DNA of 64,000 nt from the human T2T-CHM13v2.0 reference genome, Homo sapiens. The translations under genes were made by a program, and so were the position numbers. Below the pieces are notes generated by a model. That model had not been told where the DNA came from, made no database searches, and worked only from the letters and a program-made list of their open reading frames with translations. Below, one piece after another: positions 14,711-27,259 of the stretch; position 1 is the stretch's first letter, and each line of letters opens with the position of its first letter. Where the stretch lies: assembly GCF_009914755.1 (NCBI RefSeq), contig NC_060932.1, one strand, 5' to 3'.

Positions 14711-15679
14711 TTTAGTTAAGTTCAGTTATTAGATTTATAATGTGGAGTTCATATTTATAATTTGTTTTAGTCTTGAGAAAAAGACTTGGAAAGCAAATAC
14801 TTGGAGGCCTAATAGAAAATATCTGGAGGGTTGTAATGTTATTACTTTTATGTGTTTGAACAAAGATAAAATGCTTAAAGATATAATTAATACATTATCT
14901 CTCAATTAAAGTAAATGTAATTACTCCAGTCTATGAGAGGTTTAAGAAAATCCCCATTGGAAGAAACTAGCATTTTTTTTAATCAGACAAGAAATAAGTT
15001 CAGTCAACATTTTATTTTACTTTGACATTTGTTTTTAAAATACTGAAAATCAGGTGCCTTTCAATCTGATTTCCAATAAAACCACTTCCTTCCTCACTGT
15101 GTTTTAAAAATCAGGTAGCCTTGCATTTTTTAGTCATTTTAAAACACATTTGCATTTTTTAAAAAATTCTAAAAATAAAGATGTCAATAATATGAATTAT
15201 TTCTAAAACATATAGATCTCAGTGTAGAAATTCAGGTGTGTGAGAAATTTAATTTAATTTTCCTATAACTAAACCATGTCAAATTTGAGTCTTTGTTATA
15301 CCACATATTAAATACACAACCACTATCAATTCAGGATTTTCTCAGTTTTACAGAGGCTTTGTGTACATTCCGGAGGGTTTAGAAAATGCAAAACCATGTC
15401 TGGAGAGAGAGGTGGTAGCTTTGGATTTGTGAGCATGATGAGTCTCATCCACACTAGTGTTCCTGTGTTCCTATGTGACACCTGGATATTTATCCATATT
15501 AGTTGCCAATGTGCCATGCCTAATCCCTTACTAAAGTTTTCACCTCATTTGGTTCACTCTTTGGTTAATATATGTCCCTCCAGTAGGGGGTATTCTACTC
15601 TCTCAGTGCCACTGTGTGGTCATTGAAAACTTATGTCCTCTTCCAAAGTCCTTTAACATTTTATGCCACTTCTGGTAAC

Positions 15680-16055
15680 TGCTATGGTTTGAATGTATGT
15701 GTCCCTCAAAAATTTATATTCTGGACTTAAACCCGAAAGGGATGGTATCGAGAGGTGGGGTCTTTTAGGGAGTGATTAATTCATCAAGGCTCTGCCCTTA
15801 TTAATGAATTAGTACTTTTATAGAAGGGATTGAATAGAGTGTCCTAGAGCCGTTTGCCCTTCTGCTTCTCCTATGTGAGGACACAGCAGAAATGCACGAT
15901 CTTGATAGCAGAGAGTAGCCCTCACTGACCCTGAATCTGCTGGTGCCCTGATTGTGGACTTTCCAGTCTTCAGAACTGTGAGAAGTAAATTGCTGTTTCT
16001 AAATTATCCAGTTCCAGGTATTTCGTTACAGCAACACGCATGAACGAAATGGCGA
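15680..16055 (+). mobile_element. MSTD/MLT1A-type MaLR LTR
   Basis: Starts TGCTATGGTTTGAATGT; TTCAGAACTGTGAGAAGTAAATT. Confidence 0.8.
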
Positions 16056-18281
16056 CGTAGTAAACGGTTTCATCTTACTGATCTAGACAAGTGCTAGGAA
16101 TTCTGAGACATCTCAGGATTTTGCCTAGTAGGAAAAATCCTATTTAGCCACTTCTATGCCCTGTGCTGGTTACAAACAGCATTGGTTTCCCGCCTGACAC
16201 TGGGATTTTCCTTGGAATAGGAGCATGGTGTGCCTCTGCTCCTGAAGGCTGATCTGTATGGATCTCTATATATAGTCCACAACTAATACACAGCTAAGGC
16301 TCTACAGTGAATTTGATATGTAAAGAAGACAGGGGTATAAGCCACCTGTATTCCATCTATAATTTTCTCCTATCTGGAGACTCACCTGGCTCTTCAATAC
16401 TTCCATTTTTTCTTCCAAATTATTCCCCCAAGGAAAACGTTTTTATTCTTAAAACATAAAAGCCAAAAATCAATTTCTATATTTTGCTGTATCATCTCTC
16501 CTCTGAGGTAATACATGTATAAAGTTGAGTTGCTTATAAAAGGGATAGGAGAGAAGGATGAGAATGAAGAGAGAAAAGAAATGGGCTAAGGATGAATACC
16601 CAGCAAAAATCAAATTGGCCAATCTTTTCAAAGCATTATCTTATCAAGTACAGACTAAGCTAACATTTTATTTAGCACTCATTTTGAGTCAGGCTATCTG
16701 CTGACAACTTTCCAACATGTCTCCTAAATTTCAAAATTATAAATTTAAAGAAGAAATTTGATATTTCTCCTGAAGTGCAAAGAAACCAAAGCATTTTGTC
16801 AAGATTGTACAAGTGAAAGTGAGTGAAGAGGAAAAATTGCAATCTTGGCTTTTTCTTCCAAAGTCAGGTAACATAGCTCCTTTGACCCATGCTGACTAAA
16901 ATGACTAAATTAAAATTTCATTAGTCAATAGTTAAAAGTCCTTAATTTATCTTTACATATAAATACCATTGATTTTCTTCTTCTGCATTCCCAAATTGGA
17001 ATGAGTATAGAATAAAACACAGCTTTTCATATCCCTGAATTCTATTTGAAACTTATGCTGCTTCATTCCTAGCTAATTTGTTGTTTAGATGTTACAAAAA
17101 ATGTATTCATTTGGCAATTGTAGGATTTGTTACTATAAGAACCTAGAAAAAATATTTTCTGTGCCTTAATTTTCCCATCACAACATGAAAGTTACTTAAG
17201 GCAGTGCACTTTATGGTGAGATCCAGATTTTCATGGATTTACCATGGCAACTTCTTCATTCTTTGAAATGATGTAATGAATTACAACATAGTACTTTCTT
17301 TCATGATATTAACAATATTCACAATTAACCCTTAAAATTACATTTCATCACAGATAAGCACCCTCATTAATAAACTCTTGAGTATAATAAAAGAAAAATT
17401 AAGAAGGTAAAAATATATATTATATTGAACAACCTGGGAAAATAAACCTTTTAAGAACTATTTTACATTCTGGTACATATAGTAAAATCACCTCATGAGA
17501 AACAGCATTGGAAATGATGTAAAACCACTTTAAAATAAATGTAATTCTCTTAAAAAATGACAATTTGACAGCTTTAAGAATCCGAAGCTTCATCCTGCCA
17601 ATGTTCATTTTTCTACTGCTTTTTCATTTGAACATATTTCTAAAAGATAGGCACCATTGAAGTGTTCCTGACAATGCTAAGCACATCAAGAAAATAAAAA
17701 GTTTCCTTATTTTTAAAGTTGAGTTGGGTATTAGATGTAAATTTTTAAAAAATAATTAATTCTCAAATTTATCATTGATCCATAATGACTGTACATATTT
17801 ATGAGGTCTAGTGTGATGCTGCAATGCACTGCATAATGATCAAATCAGTGTATGTCATATACATTGTATGATGATCAAGTCAGAGTATTACCATATTCAT
17901 CACCTTAAACACTTGTCATTTATTTGTGTTGACAACATCAAAATCTCTTCTTCCAGCTATACATTGTAATTTGTTATAGTCACCCTATTGTGTAATAGAA
18001 CACCAGAACTTACTCTTTTAGTACAACTGTAAATCTGTACCCATTGATCAATCTCTCCCTGTCCCCTACCACTTCCTACCCTACCCAGCCTCTGGTAACC
18101 ACTATTGTAATCTCTACTTCTAAGAAATCAACTGTTTTAGATTTGTCTTGTGAGTGAGACCATGTGGTGTTTGTTTTTCTTTGCCTGGATTATTGCATTT
18201 GAAATAATGTTTGCCTCCAGGTTCATCCATGTTCCTGCAAATGACAGGATTACATTCTGTTTTATAGATGAATAGTACTCC

Positions 18282-18283
<2 letters not shown>

Positions 18284-18317
<34 letters not shown>

Positions 18318-18324
18318 TGTGTGT
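18284..18324. repeat. (TG)n microsatellite
   Basis: About 16 perfect TG units then interrupted, within the L1MA 3' end. Confidence 0.95.
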
Positions 18325-19040
18325 ACTATATGTATATACAGATGTGTATATATATGATATATATGTGTATCATATTTTCTTTATCCATTATCTGTAGATG
18401 GGCATTTAGGTTGATTTCTTATCTTGGCTATGGTAAATAGCATTGAAATAAATGTGGGAGTGCAGATGTATTTTTAACATAATGATTATATTCCCTTTGG
18501 ATATGTACCTAGTAATGGGATTGCTGGATCATTTGGTAGTTCTCTGTTTAGTTTTTGAGAAATCTCCATACCGTTTTTCATAATGGCTATACTAATTTAT
18601 ATTCCCCCAAACGGTATATAAAATTTCCCTTTTCTCCATATCCTCACTAGCATTTGTTATTTTTTGTCTTTCGCTAATAGCCATTCTAAGTGGGGTGAGG
18701 TGATAGCTCATTGTTTTTATTTGAATTTCCTTGATGATTAGTGATGATGAACATTTTCACTTATATCCATTGTCGACTTGTGTGTCTTCTTTGAAAAATT
18801 TATATTCACATCTTTTACCCATTTTCTAATTGGATTATTTGATTTTTTCTTATGGGTTATTTGAGTTCCTTATATATTCTAGACATTAACCCTTTGTCAG
18901 ACGCATAGATTGAAAGTACATTCTCCCATTCTGTAGGTTGTCTCTTCATTTTATTTTTTCCTTAGCTACGTAGAAGCTTTTTAACCTGATGTAATTGCAT
19001 TTGTTTGTTTTTAATTTTGTGGCCTGTCCTTTTGAGGTTT

Positions 19041-19596
19041 TGTTACTGATGGAGGGTATCCCGATTCTTGGTGTTTTGAATAAAAAATTGGACAAAACAC
19101 ACAAACAAAGCAACAAAAGAAAAGCACAGATTTATTGAAATGAAAGTACATTCCACAGAGTGGGCATGGGCTTGAGCAAGTGGCTCAAGAGCTCAGTTCC
19201 AGAATTTTCTGGGGTTTAAATGCCCTCTAGAGGATTCCCATTGGTGACTTGGCATACACCCTATATAAATGCAGTAATGGTCCACGATCATTCTGATTGG
19301 TTGTGGAAAGTGACCAAAGGCTGAAGTGAAGTTATAAAGTTATACTCCTATGCAAATGAAGACATGGCCCATGACCTGTCTGACTGATTGGTGGCCAGAG
19401 GGGACCAATCAGAGGTACTTTCAATTTTTCATCTGCCTTACAGAAAAGGGGGTGGGGGCAGTTGCAAATGGAGTATCCTCTGGTCTTTTTCTTTGTTGGG
19501 CATGGAAAGCTGGAGTTTTCCTTTTGATTTAGTTCTAAGAAATCAGCATGAATCATCCTTAGGTTCCCTGCCTCCAGACCCTGTTTTCCTGCGTCA
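19041..19596 (-). mobile_element. 3' LTR (MER51A-like)
   Basis: TGTTAC...GCGTCA; reverse complement begins TGACGCAGGAAAACAGGGTCTGGAGGCAGGGAACCTAAGG; CCAAT boxes, octamer, AATAAA. Confidence 0.85.
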
Positions 19597-19899
19597 TTTC
19601 CTCCATGAGAGACGTGATTCCCACAAATTTTTATGGGAGGCAGCTGGACCGATGGTCTTCTAAACTGCTTCATGCTGACTTGAGGAGCAGTTCCTACCTA
19701 TTTGGGGATCACAGAACTCTTGCCCTGCTCTGTCTAGTGAGACAGGGTAGCTTCTTGATGGCCAGGGGTGGTGTCTTCACCTGGAGCTGGCTGGAAATTT
19801 ATCCCATGATAGTCTGAAGCTTGGTGGCCTCTAGGCAAAATGAATTGAATTTGGTTTAGAGATTTAACAAATGTGTTCCCCAAACCAAGGCAAGTATAA

Positions 19900-21250
19900 T
19901 AATTAATAATGGGCCAGCCAGAGGAAAGAGCCGTATAACCCAACTTAGCATTTTTTGATCAGCAGCTCCATGACTCAGACAGCTGTTGCCATCTTAGAGG
20001 CCTGGTCAACTAGTTATTGGGTGGCATTTCTTACTATTCCTGATTGGTTGACATAAAAACAGCATTCTTCCTCTAGAAAAGACATGTCACCTTTTTTCAG
20101 CAGTTAGGAGCTCTAGTCCCCTTCTATCTTGCAAAAGTGACTGCTGCCAAGGAATCTAAATGATTTTGTATGATGACCATACTTTGGGCAATGACATCCA
20201 AGCTTTCCATAAAATCCTTGGACAAGCGTTGGTAATAGGATAGAGAAGTTGTAAGCCTGCTAACTTCCATTTCTACTCCTGCTGTTATTCCTAGGGGCAT
20301 GAGTTGGATGGCTCATTTATGTCTGGCATCTGCAGTTAAAGGTATAATAAGGGATCGGTTATTGGGAGCTATATTGATTTGGGGGACCAAATAAACACGT
20401 GTTCAGGTTCCAGTCCAATTGGCTGATAAACATAAGTAGAAAATGGTCCTGCAAAGTTTTTGGTTTTCGAGACAAAAGTTGTTTTCTGTGCTGAACATGT
20501 GGGTTAGCTTGTTGTTTTCGCTTTTCCAAGTGGTTAAGGTCCCTGCTAAACTGACCAAGGGAAAGTGTGAACAGAGTTAGTTGGCATACCTTGACAGTAC
20601 TCAGTACACTGAGACTGTATATCCTTTAAATTGTCCTTATCTATGGATGGTTTCCATGAAAGTAGTACAAGTTTTCTAAATGATGCAATTTGGGTAACTG
20701 CATAGCTTACATGATTATGTAAGGGGTTAATCTCTAGGGTGTAGTTACATTGATGACTTTTCAAGTTTCCCAAGGTTTGACCAGAATTTTGGCTTTTTAT
20801 TTTTTTTAATAGTAAGTGGCACTTGGAACTTTAGTTCTGTGTATGATGATACTGGTCCCCAAATGGGTTTCTGTAACCCCAGAAAGTTTGTTTAGACATG
20901 ACCGAAGAAGCTTCACTGCTTGTTCTGTCGTTGTAGGTCATTTTTTTCAAGGGTCCAAGATTGGGGTGGTATTAAGATGGCAGTATATTTGGATGATAGT
21001 GGAGATAAACAAAGCCAACAGGCTTTTGCCAGAGCTGGGCTGCTGGTATTTAGCAGTATTCATGCTAAATTTAAAGTTCTTAATAAATACCCAGAATTCA
21101 TTAATTGCCAGAGAAATAAAGTGAAGCTCTGTTGTAAAATAAAGATGATTCCCATTATTCATGGTCCCAGTATACACCGGCTGTGGGTGACTATTATGGA
21201 ACAACAAGAAAACTTATTCGTTCTTCTTTTCTATAGAATAGGAACTTCAG
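19900..21250 (-). pseudogene. env: Defective gammaretroviral env
   Basis: Minus-strand translation gives LDSLAAV..QDRRGLELLTAEK (immunosuppressive domain), FLEEECCFYVNQSGIVR (CX6CC region) at about 20030-20160, and furin site RHK* (20313-20324); frameshifts and stops present; 5' boundary approximate. Confidence 0.8.
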
Positions 21251-21307
21251 GGGGTCGTTACCTGTGCTGTCAAGAATGCTTGTTATAAAAATGAATTGAA
21301 ACACTTA

Positions 21308-21506
21308 CAGCCTGGCCAACAGGGTGAAACCCTATCTCTACTTAAAATATAAAAATTAGCCAGGCATGGTGGTGCATGCCTGTAATCCCAGCTACTTCAG
21401 AGGCTGACACAGGAGAATCACTTGAACCTGGGAAAGTGGAGGTTGCAGTGAGCGGAGATCACACCACTGCACTCCAGCCTGGGCAACAGAGTAAGCCTCT
21501 GCCTGA

Positions 21507-21558
<52 letters not shown>
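21308..21558 (+). mobile_element. 5'-truncated AluS with (GAAA)13 tail, inside the provirus
   Basis: Starts mid left monomer CAGCCTGGCCAAC; tail 21505-21558 is 13.5 GAAA units. Confidence 0.9.
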
Positions 21559-21719
21559 CCATTATTACAAAGGAAGTGATTCCATCCATTTGGAAGAAGG
21601 CAATTAAATTGTAAAAATGTAAAAATGGATACTATTTTCCAGCTTACAGTAACTATGCAACAAAGAAACCAAGGAAAGCTGGTAGGCATTTACTTACATT
21701 TTGGCTGTCTTTTAAACAG

Positions 21720-24700
21720 GTGCTTCAGTTTTTTCACAGGTTCACAGGTGTAGTGGCTGATGGGAGCTTCAGGTTCCAGGTCCAGGTCTTCAAGTATTGC
21801 AGGCTTGACCCCTGGACAGATGTATCCAAATATCTAATCCTAGTACTTTGACCACAGGAGTCGTGGCCAGTACCACTGGAATCAGTCCTTTCTGTTTAGG
21901 TTGTAATTTTTGAGCAGGTAATCCCTCTTCCATGTTTTAACAAGTATCTTATCTTCTGGCTTGAATTTTGTTGCTGTTTAGTTCCTGGTATGGGGAGCCT
22001 TTGAGCTCCAAACTTCTGTAAAGTCTGAGAAAATTGTCCCTGGCTAACTAGGTATTTTATTAGATTGGCCGTTTCTGGATGAGTAATTAGAGCATTAGTT
22101 AAAATGGCCTTCCGTGTAACATTTCATATGGGCTCATATTAATTTTTGCTCAAGGGGAATTATGGATTCTTAAGAGAGCTATGGGCAGTAAGCTGACCCA
22201 AATTTCTGATGTTTCCTGACATAGCTTGGCTCCTGCCCATTTTTGAGTTTGATTAGCTGTTCCCATTTTTCTGGAGGATTGAGGTCTCCATGCTGAATGT
22301 AAATAGTATTTGATTCCAAGAGCCTTAGCAACAACTTGAATTATTTGGGAGATAAAAGACAGGCCACTGTCACTTTTGAGGCTTTAGGGTAACACAAACT
22401 GGGGATTATGTTCTTTAAAAGAACCTTTATAATTTCATTAGTCTTCTCTTTTCTGGTAGGGTAAGCTTCAACCCAGCCTGTATGGGTGTTATTAGTACTA
22501 GCAAAAACTTCTGTCTTTCGCAAGCTGGCATATGGGTGACGTCTACTTGCCAGTCTTCCCCTGGGTATGTTCCTCTCCCCTAGGCCAGTTCTATTAGAGG
22601 AGGCATTTTGTTTCCTGAGTTGTTAAATGCACACAATGGCAAGTTTGACAGACCTGCTTAACCACCGAAGCTAAGTTAGGCCCAATGAAGAGCCTGTTAA
22701 CCATGACTATGCTTTCTCCCCATATGGAAGGAATCATGCAGGGTTTTTACAATTCTCTATTGGGCTGTTTGGGGAAAATATACTTTTGATCCCACATACC
22801 ACCAGGATCCTTTTGGTTGTTGTTTTTCCCATTGCTCCATTATTTACTGTTCTTCCTTTAGTGTCTTCTGGTTTTTAGGGGGAATCATAGAAAGAAAATA
22901 GTGCTAGGATCTGTTGGGATTGCATGCTGAAAGCTGCAGCTTTGGCTTCTCTATCAGCCCTTCTCTTCTCTTGTGCTATAGGGGTTAAGTCGCCTTGATG
23001 CCTTCTACAATGAATTATAGCTACAGCCTTGGGCAGGTATATTGCTTCCAATAGTTGAAGTATTTCATTCAGTTCCATGCTTTATAGGGGAGTGTTTGCT
23101 AGTTGGTAGTCCCCTTTCTTTCCAGATTGTAGCATGAGCTTGAACGACAAGAAATGCATATTTAAAATCTGTATAGATGTTAAGCTTTTTTTCCTTATCT
23201 CAACATTAATGCTTGGATAAGGGCGATGATTTCAGCCTTTTGTGCTGATGTGCCAGGAGGCAGTGGCTAGGCTTCGCTAATTGTGTTATGATTTACTATT
23301 GCTTATTCAGCTCAGCACTCCCTTTTTGACATAAAACTACTGCCATCTGTGAACCAGTTATCCTCAGAACATGGGAGAAGCTGGTCTTTTAAATCAGGCT
23401 GGCTAACGTATGTATGTTCAATGACATGCTCACAGGAATAATCAGTTATTGGGCCTGTAGGCAGCAATAAAGCTGTATTCAAGGTGTTTAGGTTTTAAGG
23501 GTTACATCTGGATTGTCTAATGGTGTGGCCTGGTATTTGATCAGCCTATCCCCCATCATCCAGATGTGTCCTTTTATTTCTAAGACTGACTATACCTGGT
23601 GGGGGTTACAACTTCCAGTGGTTGACCTAAGGTGATTTTAGTGGATTCTTCTACTAAAATAGCAGTGGCTGCTGTTGCCCACAGCCAGCTTGGCCATCCT
23701 GTGGCCACTCCATTTAACTTTTTTGAAGAGTAGACACTTGATCTGGGTTCTGATCCTAATTTCTGGGTTAGCACTCCCACAGCTATGCCCTTCTTCTCTG
23801 CTACATGTAAGAAGAAGGGCTTAGTTAGGTCTGGTATGCCAAGAGCCGGAGCCTGGGTGAGATCTTGTTTTAACTTGGTAAAGGCTTCTCTCATTTCCAG
23901 ATCCATTCCATTAGCTCATTTTAGGCCCCCTTTTTGTTTTATACAGGGGCTTTGCTATGAGTCCAAATTTGGTACCCATATTCTGCAAATTCTGGCCATT
24001 CCCCCCCAGCAAAAAAACAGAGATGCTTCTTGGTGTGGGGAGGGTCCACACCACATATGACTTGCACTCCTTCTGGGGATATTTGCCAGGCTCTGGATAT
24101 TAAGATACACCCTAAATATTGGACCCATTGGAGAGTAATCTGAGCCTTCTTTCTGGACACTTTATATCCCCGGTTTGCCGGGAAATTAAAAGGTTTTCTA
24201 GTATTTTGGTCAGAAGTATCTTGGGTTGGGTCACACACAAGAGGGTCATCAACATACTGGAACATACTCTGGTTCTTCAATTGCAGATCCCTCAGATCCC
24301 TCTCTAAGACTCAGGCAAAGAAATGGGGGCTATCCCAAAAGCCCTGAGGAAGCACCTTCCAAGTGTTTTGTTATTTTTCTCTGGTGTTAGGATTTTCCCA
24401 TTTGAAAGCAAAAAGATATTTGTACTCCGGGGCCAGAGGAATGGAGGGGAAAGCATCTTTTAGGTCTAGGACTAAGAACCATTTTGCATCCCCTGGCACC
24501 TGACCCAGGAAGGTATATGGATTTTCCACCAACAGGTGGATGGGGATAACAGCCTCATTAAATACTCTGAGGTCCTGTACTACCCAGTAGTACCCCAAAG
24601 GCTTTAAAATTGGTAAAATGAGGGTACTGCAGGAAGAATTGCAGGGTTTTAAGATTCCATGAGTAAATAATACCTCAACTATGGGTGCTAGGCCTTTCCT

Positions 24701-24850
24701 TGCTTCCGGCTTAATTTGGTATTGTTTTCAATTGGGAGAATAGCTGGGGTCTTTAAGATGTACTTTGACTGGCACTGCTGTTTTAGCCTTCCCTAGTTTT
24801 CCAGTATACCATGCCAGCAGGGTAACCTGTTTATTAATGTGGTCTGGAAT
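21720..24850 (-). pseudogene. pol: Defective ERV1 pol (RT-RNase H-integrase)
   Basis: VQDLR..N/WFLVLDLKDAF (24371..24598), QYVDD (23939..24280), QAPALGIPDLTKPFFL (23580..23906), RNase H AVAIIHC/ADREAK (22875..23078), integrase TGWVEAYPTRKEK (22341..22523). Confidence 0.9.
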
Positions 24851-25292
24851 TTAATAGTTTTAATTTCTAGTCTTGTGTCTCACAAAAGCATTTTGATTGT
24901 CACCTTCTCCCAAGCCTGAAGACGAGGTTTTGACTGGTGTCAATGCTCAAAATTTAGCAGGGATTGGTGCACAAGCATTACTTAATAGGATATTTATACT
25001 AGAGAAGGTCCTGTCATTTTATCTAACGTGTTACAAATTAAAATTCCGTGATTTGGTGTTTAAGAATTACTGCCTGCAGTACTTCAAATCACTGTATTAA
25101 AGTAGTTAGGTTACTCATAGCACATGTCTACTTGCTAGGATTCTAGTGACTGAACTGTGACCTAAAGCATCAAAAATGTGATAAGTGTTATGATAAACAT
25201 ATCAAAGTAAGACAACTAGCTCTTCTCTCCATCATTAAAAAACGGTAAATGCAAATATCAGTTTTGGAAGTTCAATATGAAAAATAATATTC

Positions 25293-25348
25293 TTTCATTT
25301 AAATACTTTTATTTAAATACTTTCATTTAAATTATTTCATTTAAATAC
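25293..25348. repeat. 4 x 14-bp AT-rich minisatellite (TTTCATTTAAATAC)
   Basis: Units at 25293, 25307, 25321, 25335. Confidence 0.85.
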
Positions 25349-25604
25349 TACTTTTTCAAATAACAAAACATGTAATGTATTATTTCTGTTCAGAACTTAT
25401 ACAAATAAGTCGTTTTTTTTTAAGCTGTCTAGATCATCAGAGGCAAGCAAAACCAACCAAATCCCAAATCTTCAGTGTGTTCCATCAATTCCTGCAGGCT
25501 GGACACAGGTAGCCTAGGAATTCCAGATAAATAGAACAAATCATGACTTGCCAAAGATGCATTTCTTTACAATATTTCTTATTTTGCTTTAATCAAGAGT
25601 AAGA

Positions 25605-27259
25605 TTTATTTTTTTATTATTATACTTTAAGTTCTAGGGTACAAGTGTGCAACGTGCAGGTTTGTTACATATGTATACATGTGCCACGTTGGTGTGCTGC
25701 ACCCCTTAACTCATCATTTACATTAGGTGTATCTCCTAATGCTACCCGTGTCCCCCTCCCCCCACCCCACTACAGGCCCCGGATGTGATGTTCCCCACCT
25801 TGTGTCCAAGTGATCTCATTGTTCAATTCCCACCTATGAGTGAGAACATGTGGTGTTTGGTTTCTTGTGATAGTTTGCTGAGAATGATGGTTTCCAGCTT
25901 CATCCATATCCCTACAAAGGACATGAACTCATCCTTTTTATAGCTGCATAGTATTCCATGGTGTATATGTGCCATATTTTCTTAATCCAGTCTATCATTG
26001 ATGGACATGTGGGTTGGTTCCAAGTCTTTGCTATTGTGAATAGTGCCGCAATAAACATATGTGTGCATGTGTCTTTATAGCAGCATGATTTATAATCCTT
26101 TGGGTATATATCCAGTAATGGGATGGCTGGGTCAACTGGTATTTCTAGTTCTAGATCCTTGAGGAATTGCCACACTGTCTTCCACAATGGTTGAACTAGT
26201 TTACAGTCCCACCAACAGTGTAAAAGAGTTCCTATTTCTCCACATCCTCTCCAGCACCTGTTGTTTCTGACTTTTTAATGATTGCCATTCTAACTGGTGT
26301 GAGATGATATCTCATTGTGGTTTTGACTTGCATTTCTCTGATGGCCAGTGATGATGAGCATGTTTTCATGTGTCTGTTGGCTGCATAAATGTCTTCTTTT
26401 GAGAAGTGTCTGTTCATATCCTTTGCCCACTTTTTAATGGGGTTGTTTGATTTTTTCTTGTAAATTTGTTTAAGTTATTTGTAGATTCTGGATATCAGCC
26501 CTTTGTCAGATGGTAGATTGTAAAAATTTTCTCCCATTCTATAGGTTGCCTGTTCACTCTGATGGTAGTTTCTTTTGCTGTGCAGAAGCTCTTTAGTTTA
26601 ATTAGATCCCATTTGTCAATTTTGTCTTTTGTTGCCATTGCTTTTGGTGTTTTAGTCATGAAGTCCTTGCCCATGCCTATGTCCTGAATGGTATTGCCTA
26701 GATTTTCTTCTAGGGTTTTTATGGTTTTAGGTCTAACATTTAAGTCTTTAATCCATCTTGAATTAGTTTTTGTATAAGGTGTAAAGAAGGGATCCAGTTT
26801 CAGCTTTCTACATATGGCTAGCCAGTTTTCCCAGCACCATTTATTAAATAGGGAATCCTTTCCCCATTTCTTTTTTTTGTCAGGTTTGTCAAAGATCAGA
26901 TGGTTGTAGATGTATGGTATTATTTCCAAGGTCTCTTTTCTGTTCCATTGGTCTATATCTCTGTTTTGGTACCAGTACCATGCTGTTTTGGTTACTGTAG
27001 CCTTGTAGTATAGTTTGAAGTCAGGTAGCATGATGCCTCCAGCTTTGTTCTTTTGGCTTAGGATTGTCTTTGCAATGCAGGCTCCTTTTTCATTCCATAT
27101 GAACTTTAAAGTATTTTTTTCCAATTCTGTGGGGAAATTCATTGGTAGCTTGATGGGGATGGCATTGAATCTATAAATTACCTTGGGCAGTATGGCCATT
27201 TTCACGATATTGATTCTTCCTATCCGTGAGCATGGAATGCTCTTCCATTTGTTTTTGTC
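25605..27259 (-). mobile_element. L1PA4/5-type, 5'-truncated (about 1.65 kb), inserted in the provirus
   Basis: ORF2 fragments 26495..27262, 26232..26417, 25912..26187; TSD CAAGAGTAAGA (25594-25604) / CAAGACTAAGA (27260-27270). Confidence 0.9.

Noticed and set aside
14700-17700. Non-repeat stretch as hidden host-gene exons
   Set aside because: Only short ORFs with no recognisable domain or convincing splice-site pairs; short exons or conserved elements cannot be excluded without alignment.
19900-21250. Possible co-opted syncytin-like env
   Set aside because: Stop codon in the furin site, frameshifts around the immunosuppressive domain, no long ORF.
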